Of a stretch of DNA of 64,000 bases, positions 48,769-60,085 are shown in pieces. Position numbers and translations under genes: made by a program. The notes under the pieces were generated by a model, which worked only from the letters and a program-made list of their open reading frames with translations, was not told the origin of the DNA and made no database searches. Origin of the DNA: Lama guanicoe (Eukaryota); assembly GCA_013239625.1 (NCBI GenBank), contig MU057344.1, positions 9,026,727 to 9,090,726 on the forward strand. The letters run 5' to 3'. The first letter of the stretch is position 1. Each line of letters starts with the position of its first letter.

Positions 48769-51256
48769 GACTAAGGTTTCTTCTTGAAGAGATTAGGAAC
48801 CACTAAAGGGAACTAGTATGCTTAATTTAAAAAATTAAGCAGAGGGTGTTTGTTAGAAGCAATAAAATAAGTGGGATATGGACTTTAAAAAAATGAGGTG
48901 TGCTCACAATTTCTGCTATTAGAGCATTTATACATACTGATAGGGATGTCAGCGAGTGTTTGATGTAATTCTTCTCTCAGTGAAACGTCTGCCCCACTGG
49001 ACTTGTATGTTTCCGTAATGATACCTGGGTGGGATTGTGTGAATCGTTGTAGAACAAATGAGCAAAACAAATGGATGGATTCGGGTTTGTTAGTAGAAGC
49101 AGAATGTCATTGTCTTCATAAGAGGGAACATATGCTGACAATTTGGACTTACAGGCATGGGGTTTCTGTAATTTGTTCAGTAGGATCCACTGTGGATACT
49201 CCTTACAGTTGATTCCATTTATTGAGTCTGTGTCAGGCACTGTGCAGAGTTCGTTCTTTACGCACATTATCTCCGGTTCTCCTCCCAAGGACAGTATCGG
49301 GCAGTTTTCACCGGGATGTGTCGTAGTCACTTCCCCTCTGCCCTGAACAGCATTACTTCTCATTATTCAAGTCATAGTCCATGGCTGCGCAACTCAGTCT
49401 GAGTTTTGTGTGTGTCCGTTTTGAGGGCTTCTGTCCCCGAGGCCCCGTTTTATTCACAGTGCCGCCTCAGCACCGGAGGAGGGGAGTAGGGAGAGCCCAG
49501 TCCCGAGCCTCACTTTAGTTGAGGTCAGCTCTTTGCAGGGAAGATGTGTGACCTTGGGGACACAGAACCCTTTTGGGGGCAGGTGAAATGAGTAGCTGGA
49601 ATGAGACTGAGACCCCTTTCCCAGCGTGGACCTGGCCTGGGAGACAGCTGTGTTTCAGATCCCCCCTGTGTGAGCCCCTCCTCCTGGGCTTCCTGGTTGG
49701 CGGGGAGCATTATTTTACCCTTGTGTTGGCAAAAGAGAGAAGCGTCAGCTCAGGACCCTGTGGGATGATCCTTGGAGACCAGCACTGTGCAAGATTTAGT
49801 ATCTCTAAAAGGCTGTGATCTCAGTGCGAGAGCCCCTTGGCTGTGCTCCTACAAGAGCCGTAGCTTGTAGCAGGGCCAGCCGTCCCCTGAGCCTCCCAGC
49901 TTCGCCTGGCTGGAGGGCTGTTTACATCCCCCTCGCCACCCCTCTCAACCCGCCACCCTGCCTCCCGCAAATCCATCTCTCTGTCTCTGTCCCTCCAGCT
50001 CTCTCCCCATCTCCCTGTCCTTCCCTCTTCCCTCCTGCCTGATTTCCTCCCTCCTGCATTCCCTTCTTTTTATTTTTAATGAAATACAGATTTTTCTGGA
50101 ACATTTTTCCATTCAGAATTTGCTTTTTGTCACTAATAGGGCCTTTCTGCAAACGGGCTTGCTTTTCACAGAGTTAGACGTATAATTTCCGTTTTACATT
50201 CCTTTGGGCCAGACTCTTTGTCGTAATATATATGTATTCCCTGTAGCTCTTAGCAAAATGCCTTGTAGTTAGTAAGCACCCAAGAAGAATTATCTAACTA
50301 CTTCTGCTTCACTGTTATTCCAGAAACTTTACAAAGCAATGTAGAGGAAGAATTAATCTAGCAAGAATAATGAGCCTGGGCCAAATGTGAACAGTAGTCT
50401 GATGTAGGCTAGTACATCTGAGAATGAGATGAGCTATTAAATAGGCTAGTAGGATTTTGTACTTAGGTGGAGAACTGAGAAAAAAATTTGAAATTGAATT
50501 TAAATGTAATTTGTGATTTACAAAAATAACTACCTTATGAAGAGAACACATTTTAGATCTTTCTCTGCTTCTTGAATCTGAAAGACAGCCTCGGCAGTTT
50601 TGAGTTTGTCAGGGGGTGAATTTTGTGCTGGCCTGTGTGCACGCGCAAGCCCTGGAGAACTCCAGGCTCTTTTCTGATGGAGCAGAGACACATCTGAACG
50701 TGCAAAAGCAGCTGGAAGACAGTGGAGGGCTTAAACAAGAGGGCATGAGCTCATTTAGCAACAGCAATGAGAGTCTTAATAAGTATACTGGAATCAAAGG
50801 GTCTCATTCCATGGTAGGTCCCAGTGATTAGGTAGTTTAGTTACCTGTAAGTTCTTTAATTTTTGTGAATAAATTTCTTAAACCTCTACCAAAATGTGTC
50901 ATATTCAAGTGCCATGGCCTCATTTTTACATTTTAGGAGAGGCAAAATAAAAGCTAGTGAACAAGACTCTGACTACCAAAACACTGACCCTCAGCTTATA
51001 CCTGCGAGGCACTCAGCGTGATTGTTTAAATTAGATTTTTGATTTACATAATTATGGGTATGGTAACCAAGTGCATTGAAACAAGAGGAAGAATAGGAGA
51101 CATGTGGCTGTTCCAAAGGAGAAAAAAAAATCAATTTTTTGTTTGCAATAATGTGATCACAGGAAAAAGCTGAAGGATATACACCAAAAGGCTCACAGCG
51201 GTAATTTGAAGGCTTAAGCAGTTTGGGCTGTTTAAATAATGTCTTGTTTTTGAATA

Positions 51257-51487
51257 TAGTTGATCCTCGAACAACGTGAGTTTGAGCTGCATAGATTAAC
51301 TTACATGCAGATATTGTTTTCAGTAGTCAGTAGTAAGGACTAAACTGAGGTTGGTTGAACCCAAGGATGCGGAAACATGGATAGGGAGGACCCGAGTATA
51401 CGCAAGGCTGGCTGTAAGTTATCCACGAAGCTGCCGCTGCCCGGAGGATTGACACTCTGGACCCCCATGTTGTTCAAGGATCAAATG
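51257..51487. mobile_element. Tigger2-type (TcMar) non-autonomous DNA transposon
   Basis: Imperfect TIRs tagttgatcctcgaacaac and gttgttcaaggatcaaatg, flanked by TA at 51255-51256 and 51488-51489. Confidence 0.8.
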
Positions 51488-54400
51488 TACTTTAAATCCC
51501 TTTTAAATCTTTGTGTCTCTGTTCTGGACTTGGTATTTCTGGGGAAGGTCTGTTTTTCTGTGCGCTATACTAGGATGTACAGGTAGGAGATGGCAGAGAA
51601 AGCACTTCAGCAGTGCCTCTTGCTGTGTGGGCCAAAGTAGAAAGTTGAGGCCTTTTCCAAATTGTACTGATGTAAAATTGCATGTGTTTATCTCCACCAA
51701 AAGAAACATCTTCAATTGTCTCATTAATTTTGCTTTTGTAAGTATATCTTTAAAAAAATCATTTTTTAATTTTTTTGGCATCATGTAACCAAATGTTCAT
51801 CTAGAAAAATTAGACAATACAGACACATGGAGAAACAGGTACCATACCCTCATCAGTAATGTCGTCACTGGGTGCCACCCGCCAGCATCTTAACGCAGAT
51901 CCTCTTGGTTTACATCTATGGATAAACTATAGCCTGACTTTTATTAATTAGCGATATGGCTTGACCACTGTTCCTGTGAGCATTTCTGTACACAAATGTA
52001 AAGAATGAATTTTATATGTTGCAATTGTGTTGACTTAGATTTTTGTATGTAGATTTTACTTCCTGAAAATATTTTTAAACTAAATTTTATTATTATTTCA
52101 CCAGGATATAGTGTTATAAAACTTATTGTGGACTTTGAAAGGGAAAAAAAAGACTTTGCTTGTAGCTGAGACTAACCAATTCTCGAGGGTGTGGCCGTCC
52201 CCTCTGTTTTAGGGTTGCCATGCACTTTTAACACACCGCCTCCTGCGCAGCTCCCAGGCCTGCTTTGTTTGGCCACCGGGGACTGACACCTGAACTTGAA
52301 TTAAGTTCTTTGCAGTTGCCAATTCACTTTTTATATGTAAGGTTTTCAGGCTTTAGAGACACCTTTTTTCCCCGTAAGATAAAGGCTACTGAAATTCCAT
52401 GAGAAGAACTCTAGAAGTGAAAATGATTATAAAGCAGAACAGGCTAGTAGCTTGTTTAAGTTTCAGAGGTATTTAATTAGTCTCCAACATTTTGTTTATG
52501 CCAAAGACTTTTTGAGGTTCCCAAGAGTGTAAGGAAATTTAAAGCTTCCTTAGTTTGAAATTTCTGAAGTTTGTTTGGGGAGCCATTTCTAGTATTTGGA
52601 ATTAACCAGTCAAAGCTGCTAAAAGCCTTTTTAAAAAAAGAAATTAAAGGCTCCCTTCAGATGTAATCTTTGCTGTCCTCCCATCAGCCTGACATTTGGA
52701 AGAGTTGGGGAGCCAGAGCCTCCCCAGCGGCAAAGGCTGTACACCCCACCCCCTCCCTGCGCGGGATGCAGGCATTCCAGGAATTTATACTGTGATCCAC
52801 AGCACTGAAAAATCCAGAACTTTGTTCCATTGTTTCTGTTGAAGCAAAGCCTAGAGTCCTGTTTTAATACCAGGAGCAACTTAAAACCAGAGAGGTTTTA
52901 TTTTTATAATTTGCTTCCAGGATTACAGGCAGCTCTGGGTGAGGAGTTTACAGAAAAAGATTTGAAATTATGCCCAAGGAGCTTAACAGAATTTTTTTAG
53001 TACCAGGTGCATTTCAAAATTATTCTCTGTGCAAAAGCAATCTATAGAAAACATACAGCATATTGCCTTCATAAAAACCAACTATTGCAGCATCTTACTG
53101 CTTCACATTTCTCTCTGAAACATCGTGGTCTGATGGAGCCAAGGCTGAAGGGGCTCGCTTGCCCGCTGAGCTCACCGTGGCCGGTTGTAGAGGCCACTTC
53201 TGATCATCAGGCAACGGGTAACGCTGTCGGCCTTTACCAACGAGGAAGACTTTTCTGCTGGCAGTTTCTGAGTCCCTGTTCTCTCCCCAGTCCTACTGCC
53301 GCAGGCTCCCCCCTTGTCCTGTCAGGGCCTTTTGATGACTTCCAGGGTCACCAAGTCATTATCTTCGTCGTCGTCGTCTTTTCTAAGCGTACGTGAAGGA
53401 TATTGAAGTGGACTGTTAATTCCTAGTGGAAAACCTAGTTTCATATCTGTTTCCAGCTTCTCTTCTCTACTCATCACGCCAACTGCAGCATGTTACCCAC
53501 TGCCCCATGTGAAGCAGTGCTGAGGCCTAACCCTGCCCACCCTCTGCAGCTCGCACAGAGCGTCCTTTTGGCCATCCTGTAAGCGAACAGTTCTGCTGTT
53601 GTCTGCTGGGTCCCTTTCTTGACTACATGATGTGTTAGAGGTTTGGGTTTTTCTCAGTCCTCGAAAGAAATTACTCAGCATGGACGTTACGCTTTTCCCC
53701 GTAAGCGTTTCATCTGGTTTGGGGCCTGCCGTCATGGAAGAAAACCACACTCTTGCCTTTCAGAAATTCAGAAAGATGTGTAATGAGTTTGTATGTTCAT
53801 GATGAATTTCTGGAACTTGCATGGAATACAGATGGCACAGTTAATCCTTTTTAAGGGTGATACTGGAACCCACACAGTGTCACTAACAAGGCTGGTAGAA
53901 CACGGTGGATAGAATAGTGAGTTGTTTGGGAATTAAAATCGCAGCTTTACTGCAAACTTGCTGTGAGAGTTTAGGTGGTTCTTGTGATGAGATAAAGCTC
54001 AGAGGAGTGTGTGTGTGAAGTTTGGCTCAGCCATCTTCAGGGCTCTTTCTACTTCGGATTCAGGGTTCTCTCTCTTACCTTTTATTGTAGCCCATTCATT
54101 CCATTATTCCATATCATTTCTGTTCTCTGAGGTCTGTACCCTCTGCTTAGCTGAGTACTTTGTTGAAGTCTTTCTTCAGCCTTGAGTGAACTCATGCTTC
54201 CAGTCTTCAGATTTCCTTTGTAGGATCCTCTCATTTTGGGGCAGGAAGAAGAGAAAGATTTTTGTAATAGAATGGTCACGAAGAGAGGACATTCCAGATG
54301 GTAGTGTCACAGGGCTGGGGAGAGAAATTTTCAAAATGTAAATCCCATCAAATGCCAAAGAGGAACTTGGGGCAAATAAAGAAATCTGGGGTTTTGTAAC

Positions 54401-55819
54401 TACCAGGTCAGAAGTAACCATGGAAAGTGGAGTTCCAGTAGCATGGGAGGATGAGAATTCAGTGGTAGGGATGGCGGGCTGAGTGAGTGAGACCTGGAGG
54501 CTGCACGCACAGCCCCCCTCTCTGGGGAGTCAGGGCTGGTCCCTGTCCAGGGCAGCCCGTTTCCTGGATGACCACTCATGGTACGATGTGGACCCTCCCA
54601 GGTGGGGACTTGCCTGGTTTGGAATCATCTGTGTAATCTGAGTGAGGTCGCCAGCTCCCCGAACACAGAAGAGATAGACCTGCTTTGGTGCTCTCATGCT
54701 GACTTCTGGTTTTATGCTGTAGAGTTGGGTAGCTCCCCAGTGAAGAGGCAGGCGGTGCATGTAGAATTACATATGGTTCTAAATTTAATTCATTTAAATC
54801 ACCAAATGCATGAGCCTTCACTGTTGTGATGAATTTTTAATGTAGCTTGAGCAAGCCTTCTAGAATTTTGCATTCTCTCTGATGCCTGACCATTTTAAAG
54901 TGAAACATTCTTTAGAATTTCCTAGGGTTTGTCTAGTTCATCAGAAGAGTAGAACATAGTCCAGAACCTAAATTATTCATGTGCTGCTTTATGCACCTTA
55001 CATTGCAGGCACAGCAGAATCATGCTACGCGTTGTCTTTAAAATGTACTCATTGTGGCTGTCAGATTTCTTTATATGGTAGCTCTTTCTCCTGAAAATCT
55101 AGTTTTACTGATTTTATTTAGCAGTGAATCATATTTGCTCAGATGGGGGTTCTATGCTGTTGACTGATAATTGTTTCTGGCATAAGATGAAGTGGGAAAA
55201 AAAATCTGCATTCCAATTTGATTGTCCCTTTTCTGTAAATGCAGTAAAAGTCTATATCACTTTTATTTGCCCTTGAAACAGAGTGAAATAATGGTTATAA
55301 CGTGCTTTGTAAAGAATAAGATTACTCTTACTATGTCATTATCGGTCTTAAGAACTGAACGTGGTAGAGCACTTCAGGTATCATCATCCTCAGGTTTGAA
55401 TTTTAACTCCAGAGATGATTTAGGTGTGTGACCTCGGACGGATGACTTTACGTCTGTGATCCTTGGGTATCTGTAAAACAAGGGGCAGGGATTGGGACTT
55501 CAGGGCTTCCTAGCAGAATGGTACTTAAGAGGTAAGGGCATCAGTCTCACAACGTGGGCAAGGGATAGGCCTGAGAGTAAGTATACCACATCCTGCCTGC
55601 CACGGAGAACACAGAGATGATTCTGGGGGTCCGGGAGGGAGAACCTTGATGCAGTGGGTAACTGCTGTTTTCCCTGTCTCAGTTTTCAGTTTCCTTCATC
55701 TTTATATGTGTGTTTCTTTTCCTCATATACATAATGTTTTGTCCTGTCTTCGTTGTGTTCTTTGTCATCGTTTCCATTTCACTTTCCTTGTGTTTCATTC
55801 CTGTATCTTTCTTGTTTAG

Positions 55820-55877
55820 ACCAAGTGGAGCACGCAGCTGGCAGAGCCTCTGTGTAGGACCCTTCAGGAACCTGATG
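55820..55877 (+). other. Candidate 58-nt alternative (poison) cassette exon in PRDM2 intron 6
   Basis: AG at 55818-55819 follows a 128-nt AG-free pyrimidine-rich tract (55690-55817). Consensus donor ATG|GTAAGT at 55878. TAG at 55855-55857 is in the RIZ1 frame. Confidence 0.6.
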
Positions 55878-56595
55878 GTAAGTGCACACGTGTACTTACC
55901 AGGCTCGCAGCGGCTCTGCCGGACCAGTTCTCCAGGCACCTCCTGCCTCGCAGCCAGAAACTAACACATCCCCCTCCCTGTGTAGAAGTCCTTTCAGGTT
56001 GTCTTTGGTTATAAGTTTTTTTCTTTTAATTTGATTACATATAGAACAGAAACCAAGCATCAGGCGGGGAAATGTATCGATAAAAGGAAACGTGCAGCTT
56101 CCACCAGCTGTTAGTACGCTCTTTGGCTTTGAGCGACACCAGGCAGACCCAAGTGTGAGTCAGGTGCCCAGGTTCCAACTTCTGTCCTGTCACAGACTTG
56201 CTGGTTATTCCCCCTGGGACCCTGGTCTTCGTTTCTGTCACAAAATCGCAGATAGGACAGGTGATTTCAGTAGCCCCTTCATCTCTAGTCCATGGTCCTA
56301 ATTAGAAGTAACTCGAGTGTTAGATGGTTCTGATAGAGATTGAGAAAATCATTTCATGTATCAGACAATCTCGGTTCCATGGATGAGTGGTAACTGGATT
56401 CATGACAGACTCATTTCTGTCATAAGCTAAGTCTGTCGTGTTCACCCAGGCACATAGGAGGTAAGTTTAATTGTCCATTCCTTAGCTTTTAGAATCGATT
56501 TATCAGTGTTATTCAGACACTTTAAAAGTTGTAATGAGTGTGTAGACCGCAGAGCCCCGTGTGTCTCTGGTGACCTGTGTTGTGTTGGTTCAGCC

Positions 56596-56803
56596 CAGTG
56601 GTTCTTAACCTGGAGGGACACTTCCTCCCGTTTTTGGTGAGACCTTTGGCCGTGTCACAACTAGAAGGAGGGGGATGCTATTGGCACCTAGTGGGTGGTG
56701 GTCAGGGGTGCTGCTGGGCAACCTCCGGTGATGCCTTGGACAGCTGCACGACAGAGTGTGGTCAGGCCCTGAGTGTTGGCTGTGCTGCGGTCGAGACGCC
56801 CTG
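56596..56803. mobile_element. MER20 (hAT-Charlie)
   Basis: cagtggttcttaacc...tgtcacaact...gatgctattggcacctagtggg...gtgctgcggtcgagacgccctg. Confidence 0.75.
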
Positions 56804-59499
56804 GGACTGCGGCAGCCTGTGGTGGGTACTCTTGTTCGTCCTTGAATGGGATGCTCAGGTCCCTACTGCACGTGGCTTCTCTTCAACAGGACATCAGGGT
56901 TTCCTGGTCACGGTTTTTAGAGAGGAGGTGGGGGAGGGGTTGGAAGGAGTGGCAAAGCTTCTCACTGATTGTGTTTGGAGAGTCCAAAAATAGACATTTG
57001 ATACTAAGTATCAGCTAGGTGTTCTAACATTGTTTTTATGCAAGGAAAAAAACTCAGAATAGCACTTTTACCTTTTAGTTATGTGATTTTATCCTTAGTA
57101 CATATTAACAAATGGTATTATTAAAGTTATGCTTTGTTTTATTACAAATCTAGAAATTTTACTTATTTAATACTCTATTTCATATAGGCTGGTTTACTCT
57201 TTTTGTACAACCTGCTTACCAGCTTCATAGACTGTGCTTGAGACGTTGCAGAAAAAATTTTGAATTGCTTTTGTAAGGGATCGTATTACAACAAATCAAC
57301 ATCTGTTTTTCTGTTACATTTTACTGTGTATCTTTTAATTGAAAAGTAAGGTTTATGCATAAGAGGGAAGATTTAGACCTCCATTTTTACTTTATTTTGA
57401 AAGTTCATACCTGTACAAAGTAGAAAGTAAAAGGTTAGTAAGAAGGGGTCATAGGCTTTGGCTTGTTTGGGGTACCTGTGGTGGTACTGATGTCTTATGA
57501 CAATTTGGGGGTTTTGATCCAGGGAAAAACCTTTCTGAATATAACTTTTGAATCCAGTGTCTGAGGGCCCTTTACGTGAACCTCATGAGACATGAACGGC
57601 AGTACTGGAGCAGTTATGCTGGAACCAGGTAATCATTTATGTTACCTGCATTGTTTGCTACCAGTAGTCTTGGATGCACTGAGCATCTCACACAGGGAAG
57701 AGCGTGTGTCATAGTGAGGATAAGGAAACTGGCTGGATCCAGATTCGCTTAAACACGACTGGGTTTCTCAAGGCCTTTGTTAACAGATTTGAGTGAAGTG
57801 CTGTTAAGTTGACCAAAGGAGAAAGACTTGAAAGAGGAGGTTACGTCTCACGACATGAAAAGGTGGTTTCGTGTCCTTGCCCCGTGCGGCGGGAATTGCT
57901 TTATAGCCCTCCCACCTGGAGACGCAACTCGGCCGTCTCCGTGCAGACTTCTGTTTCCACCAAAACATGGTTCCAGTGAAGTGTGTGCCTGTATCCTCAG
58001 TTCCCCTTCAAGCTGCCTTTAGAAATGAATGGATTGGCATGTTACCAGGAATTTGAGAGAAGGTCTTATATAGTTGCAGAAAACATCTTCTGTGCTTTTT
58101 ATGGACTGAAGAATCAGGGACTTAAAACGGTATTTTAGAATTTACTTTTTAAGGCTAACAAGTTAAATGGCTGCTTATTAAGTATTTTATACTTTTTTTC
58201 CTGTGCATTTCTCAGATATTTATCAGAGTCTGGTGGTGGTTTTTTAGGCTTAATGTTTGCTTTGTATCATGACTGATGTTTCTGTGTTTAATCATTGTGA
58301 TCTTTGCAGTGATGATATTTTGTGTCTCTGACCTCATTTTTACCTGTTGTCTACATTTTAGTTAATTATGCTCTTCTGTAGTGATTCTCTGTTCTGGAAT
58401 GCCATTTTCCAGAAGCTATGAGTGTGGTTTCTCACTTGTCATTTTACTAAATCAGAGATAAAGCTGGCAAGAGGCTTGTTCTGAAAGAGAAAGGACAGCT
58501 CCGGGAGCGACTGAACCCTGGTCCGGGAGAACACTGCAGAAAGAGAAGGAAAGGTTTAGGACCGATCAGTAGGAACTTACTCTGAATCTGAAAACTGAAA
58601 AAACAAAAGCTACTAGGAATAAGAAACACAGAATTTAAAAAATGGAAAAGTCACAAATTCTGATTAAATCCCCCAAAGACTGAGCTCCCCAGCCTTCAGT
58701 GTTAGTGCTTCTGTAGAGAAGTTCTGTAGAGTTGTTGATCCACATGGAATATCTTGGTGACTTTCGTCCATTGCTCCAGCTTGTCAGAAATGTGTTGCAT
58801 TTAATCTTATCTTCTGGACTGTGTTATCACTTGGAATGCAGTTAATGTTTCCTGACTTCCATTCTCTGAATTGTTAATGAAATATTGAATTGTGCTGGGC
58901 CTCGAGTCACGTCCCTCAGGACCCTCAGAGTGCCGTGCCGTGCCGGCCGACAGTGAATTATTCATAATCACTCTGCTTTTGATATTTGAGCCCTGGTGCA
59001 TGGGTAGCCCTTGCAATTCAGCATCATCTCGGCTTCTGTTGTTTTACTTTGACAATTCTGGATAATCTTACCTTAACTAAAAGGGCCCCAGGTTATACCA
59101 TGTTGTTTGTCTCTAATGTGCTGCTTACGCATAACCAGACTTCTGCCAGTTCCTATTACTTGTGTGGTGTTGAAATGTAGTGCCATTATCTGATTTGCCT
59201 TGCACATCAGTATTGTTAACTTTTCTAGAATATTAGTTTGATAGCTATTATAGCTATGAGAGGAACTGATTGATGCCCAAGATTCTCAAAAATGCAGGAT
59301 TTATAAGTTCTTTTCTTTGACATGACTTAAAAGTTTTCGTTTTCATCATCTGTTTCTTTCTTTAGATATCTGAAGTGTTAATGACTTAGAAATCTGCAGG
59401 GTGCTATGTTTGGATTAGTAATTGTCTCCTTCAGGAATTCAGGATAATGGTGATGGAATGAACGAACAAACAAACAAATAAATAAATACTGTGTTTCAG

Positions 59500-59610
59500 G
59501 GAAGAAAAAATCCCAGGAAAATAAAAACAAAGCAAACAAAACTGAAGACATACTGCTGAAGACAAGTGAGCCAGATTCCACCCCTGCAAATATGAGAGAT
59601 TCTGTGGAAG
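59500..59610 (+). CDS. PRDM2: PRDM2 exon 7 (111 nt): G-KKKSQENKNKANKTEDILLKTSEPDSTPANMRDSVE-G, including Met202 (ATG 59592-59594), the RIZ2 start
   Basis: Acceptor gtgtttcAG at 59498-59499, donor AAG|GTAAGC at 59611. The peptide matches recalled human RIZ1 residues 171-207. With exon 4 = 104 nt and exon 6 = 127 nt, the ATG is codon 202. Confidence 0.95.
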
Positions 59611-59839
59611 GTAAGCCTGGGGGTTGGGCTTGTATGATTCGGGTGTGTATTGCCAGCTCCTTTAACTTTGTATCTCCTTGGAATGCCCTTCTGAGACTCA
59701 TCTGAGAGCCACAAAGGGTTAAACAGCAAAAAGGCCACCAAAATTTAGTGTGGCCAGCTGAGCCTTCCACATCCCACCTCCCCTTCAAAAAAATCATTGA
59801 AGCCCTTCCTTGTTAAAAATGAAGATATTTCTGGGTAAA

Positions 59840-60085
59840 ATAAAACATACTATATGATTACATTTATAAATAATCTGTAAAGTACCAAACCATCAAAACA
59901 AGTCTATGGTGATAGAAGTCAGATTGGCAGGGACCCGAGGCTTCTGGGTGCTGGTACTGCTCCATCACTGAGCTGGGGGTGGACGTGACAGTGTGTTTAC
60001 TTTGTAAATATCTGATCTTGCTATATACTTCTGATTTACACACTTTATATATGTTTTGCACTTCAATCAAAAATTCACTTAAAAA
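59840..60085 (+). mobile_element. L1ME-like 3' end
   Basis: catactatatgattacatttata, tctatggtgatagaagtcaga, ggcttctgggtgctggta, acttcaatcaaaaatt. Confidence 0.6.

Larger units (their letters stand above)
48084..48770 (-). pseudogene. Retrotransposed, semi-processed fragment of a SLAM/CD2-family (LY9-like) transcript
   Basis: Exact 15-bp direct repeat CTAAGGTTTCTTCTT at 48069-48083 and 48771-48785. Minus-strand A13 tail (plus-strand T run 48097-48109) followed by (GAA)n. Contains an IgV exon at 48604-48254. Confidence 0.9.

Noticed and set aside
49440-49760. Possible signal-peptide exon for the IgV exon on the minus strand
   Set aside because: No ATG plus hydrophobic run plus phase-1 donor was found, and the region lies outside the TSD-bounded insert.
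55710-55964. Hydrophobic 84-aa ORF resembling a membrane peptide
   Set aside because: The F/L/V/I richness is simply the translation of the polypyrimidine tract.
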